Numbered from the stretch's first letter, positions 8,652 to 18,870 are shown. The stretch: DNA of 64,000 bases from Methanobacteriota archaeon (GCA_020725925.1 DYTN01000004.1:2802-66801); one strand, 5' to 3'. Notes: generated by a model not told the origin, from the sequence alone. Translations and numbers: made by a program.

Positions 8652-10022
8652 ATGTCGTCCAAGGCGTTGTCCGTGACCGTATATGGCGGCGCGGACCAGA
8701 TAGGCGGGAACAAGATCCTGCTGGAGGACCGCGACACCCGGGTCTTCCTCGACTTCGGGGAGCCCTTCGGCCTGAAGGACGATTTCTTTGTCGATTGGCT
8801 CCAGCCGAGGGACAAGCGTACCGGCCTCAAGGACTACTTCCACTTCGACCTCATGCCGAAGATCAGGGGGCTCTACGGCCCCGATCAGCTCGAGGACACC
8901 GACCTCAGGTACTCGGAGCCCGAGTTCGACGCCGTGTTCATCTCGCACATGCACTTCGACCACGTCATGCACATCAAGTTCGTCGACGACAAGATACCCG
9001 TGCACCTCGGGTCCGCGGCCGAGCGCATCCGCCAGTCGTGGGAGGCGACCGGTGGGAACAACGTCACGTTCGGGGACCACGAGTTCAAGAGCTTCAGGAC
9101 GGGCGCGAAGGTGAAGGTCGGGTCGCTGGAGGTCGAGCCGATTCATGTGGATCATTCCGTCCCAGGGGCCTACGGATTCGTCATACACACGTCCGAAGGA
9201 TGCGTCGCGTACACTGGTGACATGCGGCTGCACGGGCCCAGGAGCGACATGACGAAGGAGTTCGTGCGACGCGCAGCCGAGGAGAAGCCCGTCGCCATGA
9301 TCTGCGAGGGGACCAGGGTCTCGGATGCCGACCCGAGGGAGGACCTGTCCGAGAAGGATGTGGAGGAGCGCGCGAAGCGTCTCGTCGCGGGCCACAAGAA
9401 GCTTGCGATCGTCTCATTCTATCCGAAGGATGTGGACCGCATCAGGACGTTCAGGGATGTCGCCAGGGCCTCGCGCAGGCGATTCGTGATCTCGACGAAG
9501 GTGGCGCATATGCTCCAGTCGCTCAAGGGGGACAAGCGGATTGACGTCCCCGACCCGATGGCGGACCCCAACATGTTGGTCTATGTCAGGAGCGGCCTGG
9601 CGAGGCCCCAGGCGTACGATAAGGTATACCTTGACAGGCTCGGGTCTAGCGACCACATCGTCGACGCATCGTACGTCGCCAAGCATCAGGATGAGCTGAT
9701 CTTCCACACGGACTTCATGCAGCTCGCCGAGCTGATAGACGTCGGTCCCAGCCCCGGCAGCCTGTTCATCAGGTCCAAGAGCGAGCCCTTCGAGGAGGAC
9801 GACGTGCAGGAGGAGGTGCTCAAGAACTGGATCTCCTGGTTCAAGCTGGACTTCCACCAGGCCCACGCCTCTGGCCATGCGAGCATGCGGGAGATCTTCG
9901 ACACGGTGAACAGGATCTCCCCCAAGGTCTTGATCCCAGTCCACACGGAGCATCCAGAGCTGTTCCGGAGGTGCTCCTGCCCGGTGCAGCCGCCGGAGGC
10001 GAGGAAGAAGATATCTCTGTAG
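8652..10022 (+). CDS. Archaeal RNase J-like beta-CASP ribonuclease (MBL fold)
   Basis: N-terminus VYGGADQIGGNKILLEDRDTRVFLDFG, HxHxDH (SHMHFDHV), and the beta-CASP C-terminal motif HASGHAS. At 456 aa the size fits aRNase J. Confidence 0.65.
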   Translation: MSSKALSVTVYGGADQIGGNKILLEDRDTRVFLDFGEPFGLKDDFFVDWLQPRDKRTGLKDYFHFDLMPKIRGLYGPDQLEDTDLRYSEPEFDAVFISHMHFDHVMHIKFVDDKIPVHLGSAAERIRQSWEATGGNNVTFGDHEFKSFRTGAKVKVGSLEVEPIHVDHSVPGAYGFVIHTSEGCVAYTGDMRLHGPRSDMTKEFVRRAAEEKPVAMICEGTRVSDADPREDLSEKDVEERAKRLVAGHKKLAIVSFYPKDVDRIRTFRDVARASRRRFVISTKVAHMLQSLKGDKRIDVPDPMADPNMLVYVRSGLARPQAYDKVYLDRLGSSDHIVDASYVAKHQDELIFHTDFMQLAELIDVGPSPGSLFIRSKSEPFEEDDVQEEVLKNWISWFKLDFHQAHASGHASMREIFDTVNRISPKVLIPVHTEHPELFRRCSCPVQPPEARKKISL

Positions 10023-10118
10023 CCTCGACTGATCCCCGCAATCCTTTGTAGTAGTCCCGAATCGCTTAATAAGGGAAATCAATGTCCACTCTTGAGCAAT
10101 TGGGGCAGTGACCGCTCG

Positions 10119-11186
10119 ATGCATGCAGTCGTGAAGCGCAGAAGGGAGCCGGGAGCCGAGATCGAGGACGTCCCCAAGCCGACCATCGGCAAGGGCGAGG
10201 TCCTGGTCGAGACGAAGATGACATCCATCTGCGGCACGGACGTCCACATCTGGGACTGGAACCACTGGGCCCAGAGGCGCGTCAGGGCCCTGCCGATCAT
10301 ATTCGGCCACGAGATGTGCGGCGAGGTCGTCGGGCTCGGGAACGGCGTCAAGTCGGTCAAGGTCGGGGACCTCGTGTCCGCGGAGACTCACATCGTCGAC
10401 GGCACGTGCTACCAGTGCAGGACCGGCAGGATGCACATCTGCAGGAACATGAAGATCCTCGGTGTGGACACGGACGGCGTTTTCGCCGAGTTCGTGCGCC
10501 TCCCTGAGATGAACGCGCGCAAGCTCCCGAAGGGGATCGAGCCCGAGGTCGGCTCGCTCCTGGAACCGCTCGGCAACGCCACGTTCACGGTCCTGCCCAA
10601 CGGCTGCGTCACAGACATCAGGGGCAAGAGCGTCGTCGTCACTGGCTGCGGGCCCATCGGTCTCATGGCGATTGCGGTGCTCAAGGTCGTGGGTGCGGAG
10701 AAGGTCATCGCGACGGAGCTCGCGAGCGAGAAGGTGCGCACATCCCTCGCGAAGACCATGGGTGCGGACCTCGTGCTCGACGCGGCGATGGGCCACGACG
10801 CGCTCGTGAAGCGGGTCAAGGAGGAGACGAACGGAGACGGGGCTGATGTCTGCCTCGAGATGTCCGGTGCCGCGCCTGCCCTGAAGCAGGTGTTCGACAT
10901 GCTCACGCCCGGCGGGAGGGTCTCAATCCTTGGGCTATACAACGACCCCGTCACGCTCGATGTGAACAACATGATCACGTTCAAGTCCGCCACAGTCTAC
11001 GGCATCACTGGCCGGAGGATGTTCGAGACCTGGGACAGGATGTACGCGCTGCTCAGGATGCCAGGTTTCAAGACGAAGCTTTCATCTATCGTCAGCCACA
11101 CGTTACCCATCCGGGACATCGAGAAGGGCATGGAGCTCATACGGACGAAGAAGGCCGCCAAGGTGTCCCTGAGGCCCGAGTGGTGA
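10119..11186 (+). CDS. tdh: L-threonine 3-dehydrogenase (zinc-dependent MDR family)
   Basis: The N-terminus (VPKPTIGKGEVLVETKMTSICGTDVHIWDWNHWAQ) fits zinc-dependent Tdh. The GCGPIGL Rossmann motif is present. The adjacent kbl gene gives the canonical tdh-kbl pair. The ORF track begins at 10092; the start is more likely the MHAVVK methionine. Confidence 0.8.
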   Translation: MHAVVKRRREPGAEIEDVPKPTIGKGEVLVETKMTSICGTDVHIWDWNHWAQRRVRALPIIFGHEMCGEVVGLGNGVKSVKVGDLVSAETHIVDGTCYQCRTGRMHICRNMKILGVDTDGVFAEFVRLPEMNARKLPKGIEPEVGSLLEPLGNATFTVLPNGCVTDIRGKSVVVTGCGPIGLMAIAVLKVVGAEKVIATELASEKVRTSLAKTMGADLVLDAAMGHDALVKRVKEETNGDGADVCLEMSGAAPALKQVFDMLTPGGRVSILGLYNDPVTLDVNNMITFKSATVYGITGRRMFETWDRMYALLRMPGFKTKLSSIVSHTLPIRDIEKGMELIRTKKAAKVSLRPEW

Positions 11187-11190
11187 GGAG

Positions 11191-12390
11191 ATGGCTGTCA
11201 GAGACCCGACCGGGTTCCTACGAAGGGAGTACGAGCAGCTGGTGGAGAACGAGCTCGACTGGAAGCTCAGGGTCCTGGATGGCCCGAGCCTCCCGAGGTG
11301 CGTCGTCGACGGCCGGAAGGTCCTGATGCTGTGCTCGAACAACTACCTGAGCATGAGCAACCACCCGAAGGTCAAGAGGGCGGCCATCGATGCGATCAAG
11401 ACGCACGGCGCAGGTTCCGGCTCCGTTAGGCCCATCGCGGGCAACATGGATCTTCATGTCGAACTCGAGAGAAGGCTCGCCAGGTTCAAGGACGCAGAGG
11501 CATCGCTCGTGTACCAGACCGGGTTCGCGGCCAACGCAGGCCTGATACCGCAGCTCGCGGACGCTGGCGACCTGATTGTGAGCGACGAGCTCAACCACGG
11601 GAGCATCATCGATGGCGTCAGGCTGTCCAAAGCGGACAGGGCTGTGTACAAGCATTGTGACGCCGAGGACCTGAAGAAGGTCCTCGAGAAGGCCGAGGAG
11701 CACTCGCCCGCATACCGCAGGGTCCTCATAATCACGGACGGCGTGTTCAGCATGGACGGGGACATCGCCCCCTTGGACGGGATCGCTGCCCAGGCCCACG
11801 ACCACGGAGCCATGGTGTACGTCGACGACGCCCATGGCGAGGGCGTGCTCGGTAAGGGCGGGAGGGGGATCGTTTCACATTTCATGCTCAGGCGGGAGGA
11901 AGTCCAAGTCGAGATGGGCACCTTCTCAAAGGCGTTCGGCGTGGTCGGAGGACACGTCTCGGGCAGCAGAGACCTCGTCAACTATGCCCTCAACAAGTCG
12001 AGGACCTGGCTCCTGAGCGGCTCCCACCCACCGGCGGTCGCGGCCGCGTGTATCGCGGCCATAGACGTGCTCGAGAAGGAGCCCGAGCATGTCCGCGACC
12101 TTTGGGTCAACACTGAGTACTTCAGGAAGGGCATCAGGAGCATGGGGTTCGACACGGGCAAGAGCCAGACGCCCATCGTGCCCGTCATGATCGGGGAGAG
12201 TGGCGCTGCCAAGAAGTTCAGTTCGAGGCTGTTCGAGCTGGGGATCTTCGCCCTGCCAATCGTGTTCCCGATGGTCGCGAGGGACAAGGCCAGGATACGA
12301 ACAATCATGAATTCGGCCCTGACGCGCAAGGACCTCGACGAGGCCCTGGCCGCATTCCAGAAGGTGGGCAAGGAGCTGGGGCTTCTCTAG
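11191..12390 (+). CDS. kbl: 2-amino-3-ketobutyrate CoA ligase (glycine C-acetyltransferase), PLP-dependent
   Basis: 399-aa member of the alpha-oxoamine synthase family (SNNYLSMSNHPKV ... FSKAFGVVGGHVSG with the PLP lysine) immediately downstream of tdh. Confidence 0.8.
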   Translation: MAVRDPTGFLRREYEQLVENELDWKLRVLDGPSLPRCVVDGRKVLMLCSNNYLSMSNHPKVKRAAIDAIKTHGAGSGSVRPIAGNMDLHVELERRLARFKDAEASLVYQTGFAANAGLIPQLADAGDLIVSDELNHGSIIDGVRLSKADRAVYKHCDAEDLKKVLEKAEEHSPAYRRVLIITDGVFSMDGDIAPLDGIAAQAHDHGAMVYVDDAHGEGVLGKGGRGIVSHFMLRREEVQVEMGTFSKAFGVVGGHVSGSRDLVNYALNKSRTWLLSGSHPPAVAAACIAAIDVLEKEPEHVRDLWVNTEYFRKGIRSMGFDTGKSQTPIVPVMIGESGAAKKFSSRLFELGIFALPIVFPMVARDKARIRTIMNSALTRKDLDEALAAFQKVGKELGLL

Positions 12391-12396
12391 CGATCA

Positions 12397-12999
12397 CTAC
12401 TCGGTCTCGCCTTCGTGCTCGGACTCCTGCCGCTCGGTCACCGCGATCTTGAACTCCTCCATGGGCGCGACGACCTCGAACACAATCGTGTCGACGATCC
12501 CCTTCTCCTTCATGGACTGTTGGGGCGGGAGGAGGTGGTGCTTCTCGAAGAACTTGGTCAATTGATCCCTTCCGTTGTCGTCAACGGCCTTCTTGATCAC
12601 CGCGGGCTTCTTCCAGAACTGCGGTCCCAGGGTCGCGACGGTCCTCCTGCCCTCTATGTGGAGCACGACCATGTCGTTCTTCCTTGAGAAGTACTTGTCC
12701 CTGTCGCTCTGGGAGACCTCGATGCCCCTTGAGCGGCTCGGGCCCTGCCATATGGTGCAGTCGAAGGTGTCGCCCATGGCGGACGCCGGCGCGGCGCCGG
12801 GGGTCCGGGGAGGGTAGGTGAGGACGTGACACGCGGGGCAGAACATCTGCTCGGTCTCCTTCTTGCACCTGTTGCACACGCGCACGGCTGCCTCCTCCCA
12901 GGCAAAGGGGAAGCCGTACAGAGGCTTCAAAGTTCGTATCGGTCGTCCGCGAGCCGTCGTCACGCATCGGCAGCCAGATCCGATTCGACAAGCGGTCAC
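12397..12999 (-). CDS. Hypothetical protein with an N-terminal CxxC...CxxC zinc ribbon
   Basis: CNRCKKETEQMFCPAC near the N-terminus; the rest has no recognised motif. The start is uncertain. Confidence 0.3.
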   Translation of the reverse strand: MTACRIGSGCRCVTTARGRPIRTLKPLYGFPFAWEEAAVRVCNRCKKETEQMFCPACHVLTYPPRTPGAAPASAMGDTFDCTIWQGPSRSRGIEVSQSDRDKYFSRKNDMVVLHIEGRRTVATLGPQFWKKPAVIKKAVDDNGRDQLTKFFEKHHLLPPQQSMKEKGIVDTIVFEVVAPMEEFKIAVTERQESEHEGETE

Positions 13000-13059
13000 G
13001 CGTGCCGAATCCTTTAAGAGCGCTGACGGCTTCCGCTGAATGGTCTAGGAGGACTTTCT

Positions 13060-13536
13060 ATGGTGAAGATATTGATATGCTACTATTCCAGGTCCGGGAA
13101 CACGAAGAAGATGGCGTACCTGATACAGCAGGGCGTCATGAAAGAGGATGTCGAGGTCGACACGAAGAGCGTGAAGGAGGTCAAGCTGGACGACCTGAAG
13201 GACTACGACGGGTTCATCTTCGGGTCTCCGACTTACTACGGAGGCCCTGCTGCTCCCATCAAGGACCTTCTGGACCGGAGCATCAAGTTCCACGGCAAGC
13301 TCCAGGACCGGGTCGGGGGAGCGTTCTCGTCATCAGCGAACGTCGGCGGAGGGAATGAAACCACCATACTGTCGATCCTCCAGAGCCTCCTGATTCACGG
13401 CATGGTCGTGTGCGGGGACTCATCGGGTGATCACTACGGGCCCGTCGCAATCGAGAAGCCGGACAAGCGGGCGGAGAGGAACTGCATCAGGTATGGCAGG
13501 CGGATCGCCAGGCTGACGAAAGAGCTGCGCGGCTGA
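13060..13536 (+). CDS. Flavodoxin-like / NAD(P)H-dependent FMN reductase family protein
   Basis: MVKILICYYSRSGNTKKMA flavodoxin FMN-binding loop; 158 aa. Confidence 0.55.
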   Translation: MVKILICYYSRSGNTKKMAYLIQQGVMKEDVEVDTKSVKEVKLDDLKDYDGFIFGSPTYYGGPAAPIKDLLDRSIKFHGKLQDRVGGAFSSSANVGGGNETTILSILQSLLIHGMVVCGDSSGDHYGPVAIEKPDKRAERNCIRYGRRIARLTKELRG

Positions 13537-13599
13537 GCCCGCGGCGACTCCGGAAATCGGATTCTCCACAGAGCTCGTGTCTCAAATGAGGGAATCCTT

Positions 13600-16500
13600 C
13601 TACAGCCTAGAGAGATCCTCTTCCTCTGCCGGCTTCTTCTTCTGAGGCCGCTGCTCCTTCGAACGCCTTCTGGGCCGCTCCTCCGCCTCCTCGCGCTCCT
13701 CTTCCTCGGGCTCTTCCTCGGGTTCCCGCCCACGCTCGCGCCTGCGCTCCCTGGTCTCCTCGACCGCCTTTAGGGGCGTGTTGCACCTCGGGCACCTATC
13801 CGACCCCCGCACGCACTCCTTGCACAGGATGGCCTTGCACTTCTGGCATCTCGCTACCGCGATCCCGCCATGGAACAGGCATCTCCTGCCGACGAGGTCA
13901 GAAGGCACCTCCTTCTCCTTGCGCTCCTCCTCCCTGGGGAGCCTCTGCTTGGGCGCTCGCTCGCGGGGCCTCTCCCTGAAGGCCTCGACCTCCCTGCTGT
14001 ACCTGGGCCTGACCCTCGGCGGCTCCTCCTCCACTTCCTCCTCGTACTCCGAAGGCATCGGAGGAGCTCTCCTGTGCGGCTCCCTCGGCTCCTCCCTGTA
14101 GGCCTCCTCCCGCGGAGGCCGCTCGCGCCTCATCGCCCTTTCATCATACGGCATGTACTGCCCGTAGCCCTCGCTCACGATGGATTTCAGCGAGACAGTC
14201 GGGGACTCGTACCCTGCGCCCTCGAAGGTCTGCAGGATGGTCGTGAGCTGTCTCGCCCAGTAGGCCCCGATCCCCAGGTTGCGGATCAGGCCCAGCACGT
14301 TCTTCTGGTCGTTCGGTATCTCGAGGGCCTGCCTGAGCAGCGCCTCTGTCTGCGGGTCGGTGGACTTCGTGCTGAACTCGTGGTTGTCGACGGCCTGGAT
14401 GTAGCTCAGGATCTTCTTCGCGCTCGAGATCTTCAGCTCAGGGAAGTTGACCGTGATGTCGCACAGCCTGAGCCCGTGCGCCGCGAGGTCCCGCTTCTCC
14501 ATGGCGTTCACGAGCACCTCCCGGGACATCTTCTCGTACCTGTCGAACTCCTCCTTGCTCATGCCCGACAGGCTGATCTCCGCCTTGCCGCTCAGGAAGT
14601 CCATGACGTCGCCCAGGAAAGCGTACGGTATGCCGCAGACCCTGAAGGCCTCCTCCTTGGTGACGGGCCTGCCGTTGGAGTACTCGAAATCGAGCACCGA
14701 CCTCGCGTAGTCCTCTATCTTGCTCTTCCGGATGTCCGCCTCTGCCTGCTTCCGCCCCTCCGTCGCCGCCTCGAAGTACGGGTCGATGCTGAGCGCGTGG
14801 TCGAAGCACCTGAGGGCCTGCTCCGGCCGGTTGAGCGTGAGCAGTACCTGGGCCTTGCTCTTCCAGGCCTCTTTGTCGTTGGAGTCGAGGCCTATCGCCC
14901 TGTCGTACGAACTCACGGCTTCCTCGAACAATCCTTGCTTCTCCATCGCGTAGCCCTTGCTCATCCAGATCTTCGAGTTGGAGCTGTCGATGTCGAGGGC
15001 CTTGTCGAAGCAGTTGTTGGCGTCCTGGAACCTGTTGACTTCCAGGTGCAGGAGCCCGAGCCTGTACCAAGCCGCCTGGTCCGTCTGGTCGGCTTCTAGG
15101 GCCTTCATGTAGGACTTGATGGCCTCCTCCTTGTTCCCCGTGGCCTCGAACGCCTTCGCCCTGCTCTTCCACATGTCCTTGTCGTTCGAGCCCAGCCTGA
15201 TGGCCTCATCGAACGAGCCCAACGCTTCAGAGACCCTGTTGAGCTTCAGCAGGGCCATGCCCATGTACTTGAAGGTGGAGACGTCGTTCGGCGAGAGCCT
15301 CCTGGCCTCGTTGAACGAGCCGATGCTGTCCTCGAACCTGCCCATGGCTGCGAGCGCGCGCCCCTCGTTGGTGTGGAACTCAGCCGCGTTGGGGAGTATC
15401 TTGATGGCCTTCTTGAAGTCCGAGAGGGACTCCTCGAACCGCCTGAGCTCGAGGTACGCCCTGCCCCTGTTGTTCAACACGAACGGCTGGCTCGAGTCCA
15501 ACTTGATGGCGTGCTCGAACGACTCCGCGGCCTGGGCAGGGTTCCCGGCGGCGAGGAGCAGCAGCCCCTTCCTGTTCAGCAGGAATATGTCCTTCGGGTC
15601 CAGGACCAGAGCGCTCTCGTAGCTCCTGAGGGCCTCGTCGCTCCTCCCGAGCTTCTCGAGGGCGCTCGCGCGGTCGGAGAGCGCGTTCTTATTCTTCGGG
15701 CTGATCCGGAGTATCTGGTCGGTGACATGGATGACGCTCTCAGGCTCGTCCAAAGCGATGAGCGCGAGCTTCTTGAGCTCGAGCGTGTCGAGGTCGTCTG
15801 TGTGATGCTCAAGGGCCTTGTTGAAGCAGGCGAGCGCCTCGTTCGGGCGCTTCAGGAACAGGGAAGCGCTGCCCTTGTCCAGGAGCGCCTCTCGGTCCTT
15901 CGGGGAGACCTGAAGGATCTCGTTGCAGACGGCTGTGACCTCCTCGTTGCGCTTCAGGGACTTGAGCAGGTCCTTCTTCGCGTTGAGCACGGGGATGTTC
16001 TTGGCGGAGATCCTGAGCGCCTCGTCGTACGCCCTCAGGGCCTCCTCCATCCTGCCGAGCTTCGTGAGTATCTGGCCCTCCTTGATCCTCAGCTCGGACG
16101 AGGCCACGTTGAGCCGGACGGCCTCCCTGATGGATGTGAGGGCCTCGTCCCTGCGCTCGAGCCACTCGAGCGCGAGCGTTCTCTGGAGCCAGATATCCGG
16201 GTCCCTCGGGTCAACCTTGAGCGCGCGGTCGAAGGAGACGAGCGCCTGCTCGTACCTCTTCAGCTCTATCAGCGCCTTGCCCATGGTCGTGTACGCCAGC
16301 TTGTCGCTCGGGTCCAGCTCGACGGCCTTCGCGTACGAGCTCACCGCCTCGTCGTATTCCTTGCCTCTGAAGGCCGCCTCGCCCCTCACGCGCCAGAGCG
16401 CGATGCTGTTCGGGGCGGCATGCAGGCCCTGTTTGGCGTAGTCAAGGGCCTCCTTCGGCTTGCCCACCCTGAGGAACATGGACGATACGTTGTAGTAGAC

Positions 16501-18060
16501 TTCGGGGTTGCTAGGATCGTGCTTCAGCGCGAGCCTGTACGCCGCGAGGCTGTCGTCGAACCTCTCAAGCCTGTCCAGGGCGACGGCCTTGTCGAAGTGC
16601 GCCGCCTTGTTCTTCTCGTCCGCGGCGATGATCCTGTCGCATGTGTGGATGACGTCGGCATCCTTCTGCAGCTGCTTGTAGGCCTCCTTGAGGCTCTCGA
16701 GCATCGGGAGCTGGTCCGGGGCGCTCTTGAGTGCCTTCTCGAAGGTCTTGACCGCGTCATGCGGCTTCGCGGACTTCATCTGGGCAACGCCCTTGTCGTG
16801 CATGGCCACGAGGTCGTTGGGATCGAGGTCCAGGATTCTGTTGCACACTGCTATGACCTCGCCGTGCCTCTGTAGCTTGATCAGGCAGTCCTTCTTGAGG
16901 AACAGCGAGTCCTTGGATTTCGGGGACAGGTTGAGCGCAGCGTCTGCGAATGTAAGTGCCTCGCCATGCCTGCCCAGCGCTGCCAGCGCCTTCGCCTTGT
17001 CCAGAAGAGTTTCGTGGTCCTGAGGGCTGAGAAGGAGTATCCTGTCGCATGTCGCGGCAACGTCCTCGTGCCTCCCCGACTTCTGGAGGGTCTTCTTCCT
17101 GTTCACGAGCACGTTGAGGTCGTTCGGATCGATCCTGAGGGCCCTGTCAAAGGATTCGAGGGCCCTGTCGTGCATGCCTAGCTCCTCCTGCACAACCCCC
17201 AGCTCGTTCCAGACGATCTTGTTGCCGTGGTCTATCTCCGCCGCTTTGGAGAAGCACTCGAGCGCCTCTTGTGGTCTGCCGAGCTTGTGAAGAATGCGGC
17301 CCATGTTGTCAAGGCAGTACGCGTCGTTCGGGTCCACCTTGAGGGCGGCACCGAGCGACTGCACGGCCTCCTCCCTCTTGCCCGCGAGGTTCTGTGAGGT
17401 CGCTTTTGCTATCCAGAGGTCCTTGTCCTTGGGCTTGAGCTGTATGGCCGCCTGGAACGTGCGCGTGGCGTCGTCATGTCGCTGCAGGCGCGTGAGCGCG
17501 AGCCCCTTCTTTCGTATCATCTCGACATCGCTGGGCGTGTGCGCGAGTATGCCGTCGTAGTGTATGATCCCGTCCGGGTTGATCTCGATGGCCTTCCCGT
17601 AGCTGTCGACCGCGTTCGTGATTTCACCCGCGACGTCGTACGCCTCCCCGAGTGCGTGCCAAAGCATCTCAGCCTGAGGGACTAAGGCGACGGCCTTCTT
17701 CAAGGAGCTGATCGCCTCCTGGGTCATGCCTAGCCTGAGCGCGGCCCGTCCCTCGACCCCCATCGCCTCCGCGTTGTCACTATTCAGCTGGAGGGCGACC
17801 TTGGCGGCATCCTGGGCCATCTGCGCGCGGTCGAATGTGAGGTACTTCGCCCCGAGGGCGGAGAATATCTGGGAGAACTCCACCCTCATCTTGCCGATGA
17901 AGAGCATGTTCTCCTTGAGCATGTTGCTGGTCTTGTCGAGCTCGGCGAGGGCCTCCTTGGGCCTGCCGCCGCGCTCGAGCGAGTCGACTTTGGCCAGTTC
18001 CTTCTTGGTCTTCTCGAGGAGCTTCTTCTCCTTGTTCAGCAGAGCATCGAACAATCCCAA
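13600..18060 (-). CDS. Giant TPR-repeat protein (1486 aa) with a C-terminal Cys zinc ribbon and a highly charged Glu/Arg-rich tail
   Basis: More than 30 tandem 34-residue TPR-like units (W/L-G-Y-A-F-P pattern) over about 1000 aa. Then a non-repeat region, a zinc ribbon CLFHGGIAVARCQKCKAILCKECVRGSDRCPRCN, and an ERRRERGREPEEEPEEEEREE tail. Confidence 0.75.
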   Translation of the reverse strand: MGLFDALLNKEKKLLEKTKKELAKVDSLERGGRPKEALAELDKTSNMLKENMLFIGKMRVEFSQIFSALGAKYLTFDRAQMAQDAAKVALQLNSDNAEAMGVEGRAALRLGMTQEAISSLKKAVALVPQAEMLWHALGEAYDVAGEITNAVDSYGKAIEINPDGIIHYDGILAHTPSDVEMIRKKGLALTRLQRHDDATRTFQAAIQLKPKDKDLWIAKATSQNLAGKREEAVQSLGAALKVDPNDAYCLDNMGRILHKLGRPQEALECFSKAAEIDHGNKIVWNELGVVQEELGMHDRALESFDRALRIDPNDLNVLVNRKKTLQKSGRHEDVAATCDRILLLSPQDHETLLDKAKALAALGRHGEALTFADAALNLSPKSKDSLFLKKDCLIKLQRHGEVIAVCNRILDLDPNDLVAMHDKGVAQMKSAKPHDAVKTFEKALKSAPDQLPMLESLKEAYKQLQKDADVIHTCDRIIAADEKNKAAHFDKAVALDRLERFDDSLAAYRLALKHDPSNPEVYYNVSSMFLRVGKPKEALDYAKQGLHAAPNSIALWRVRGEAAFRGKEYDEAVSSYAKAVELDPSDKLAYTTMGKALIELKRYEQALVSFDRALKVDPRDPDIWLQRTLALEWLERRDEALTSIREAVRLNVASSELRIKEGQILTKLGRMEEALRAYDEALRISAKNIPVLNAKKDLLKSLKRNEEVTAVCNEILQVSPKDREALLDKGSASLFLKRPNEALACFNKALEHHTDDLDTLELKKLALIALDEPESVIHVTDQILRISPKNKNALSDRASALEKLGRSDEALRSYESALVLDPKDIFLLNRKGLLLLAAGNPAQAAESFEHAIKLDSSQPFVLNNRGRAYLELRRFEESLSDFKKAIKILPNAAEFHTNEGRALAAMGRFEDSIGSFNEARRLSPNDVSTFKYMGMALLKLNRVSEALGSFDEAIRLGSNDKDMWKSRAKAFEATGNKEEAIKSYMKALEADQTDQAAWYRLGLLHLEVNRFQDANNCFDKALDIDSSNSKIWMSKGYAMEKQGLFEEAVSSYDRAIGLDSNDKEAWKSKAQVLLTLNRPEQALRCFDHALSIDPYFEAATEGRKQAEADIRKSKIEDYARSVLDFEYSNGRPVTKEEAFRVCGIPYAFLGDVMDFLSGKAEISLSGMSKEEFDRYEKMSREVLVNAMEKRDLAAHGLRLCDITVNFPELKISSAKKILSYIQAVDNHEFSTKSTDPQTEALLRQALEIPNDQKNVLGLIRNLGIGAYWARQLTTILQTFEGAGYESPTVSLKSIVSEGYGQYMPYDERAMRRERPPREEAYREEPREPHRRAPPMPSEYEEEVEEEPPRVRPRYSREVEAFRERPRERAPKQRLPREEERKEKEVPSDLVGRRCLFHGGIAVARCQKCKAILCKECVRGSDRCPRCNTPLKAVEETRERRRERGREPEEEPEEEEREEAEERPRRRSKEQRPQKKKPAEEEDLSRL

Positions 18061-18215
18061 AGGCGGTCACCTGGCTGGTTGCGACTTAATGCGCTTGTCT
18101 TCATAAAAGGGTTTGCGGGTTGGAGGCGCACGAATGAAGGATAGCGGAGATTCCGTGTCTGACACCGCCTATGTGAGGGATCGGTCAACGGCGACAGGAA
18201 TCGGCAATTCCAGAT

Positions 18216-18238
18216 GAGAAATCTCACGGAGATTTCTC
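18216..18238 (+). promoter_or_regulatory. Perfect 10-bp inverted repeat GAGAAATCTC-acg-GAGATTTCTC (operator-like palindrome or hairpin)
   Basis: Read directly. It lies about 90 nt upstream of the small ORF at 18325 and about 60 nt upstream of a TATA-like box. Confidence 0.4.
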
Positions 18239-18297
18239 GCGGAACCGATTGAACCAGAGTCCGACGGTCCTGCTGCGGAAACCCGACATTCTGCGAA

Positions 18298-18307
18298 TCT
18301 ATAAATA
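18298..18307 (+). promoter_or_regulatory. TATA box (TCTATAAATA) for the leaderless ORF at 18325
   Basis: Strong AT-rich TATA consensus about 20-27 nt upstream of the ATG. Confidence 0.35.
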
Positions 18308-18324
18308 GATGCCAGCGGCATACG

Positions 18325-18612
18325 GTGGAACAGCTGACAAATCGTCAGACAAACGCTTTAGGATGGGATGCAATGAAGCACAGGAACGTGTGGCAGGCAG
18401 CGGTCCGGAACACCCAAGCGATACAGTGGGCTAAGACACACACGCTTCAAGACCTCGAGGATCTCGTGAACGAGATGTCGGGTCTCGGAGAAGATGTCAC
18501 GGACATCTCGCAGCTCCTGAATGATCTGTCTGAGATAGATCGGAGCCTGCATACCGACGCGCTAGCGGTTCCTGAGCCTGAGGCATGTGAGTACGCAGAA
18601 ATCGCAGGATAG
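18325..18612 (+). CDS. Hypothetical small acidic protein (95 aa)
   Basis: ORF with an upstream TATA box; no recognisable motif. Confidence 0.3.
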   Translation: MEQLTNRQTNALGWDAMKHRNVWQAAVRNTQAIQWAKTHTLQDLEDLVNEMSGLGEDVTDISQLLNDLSEIDRSLHTDALAVPEPEACEYAEIAG

Positions 18613-18810
18613 GTGACTGAAATGGTACGAGTGAGAAGACTGAAGAAGCCAACGACTGACATCGAAGACGACTTCCTGGGCCTTGAAGAGTACAAGGCCA
18701 CGGAGTTCCACCCGCACTGCTACATTCAGCAGCTCGCGCTCGCCGAAGCGAAGAAGTTCGACGAGGACTATGCCCTGGCGCATGCCCCTGTGCGCGGAGA
18801 CAAGGAGTAG
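18613..18810 (+). CDS. Hypothetical small protein (65 aa)
   Basis: ORF immediately following the previous one; no motif. Confidence 0.25.
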   Translation: MTEMVRVRRLKKPTTDIEDDFLGLEEYKATEFHPHCYIQQLALAEAKKFDEDYALAHAPVRGDKE

Positions 18811-18870
18811 AGGGTTGGCGCAGGCGCAGACATGCAGACCGCACTGAACTGAAACTCTGTGGACCGAAAG

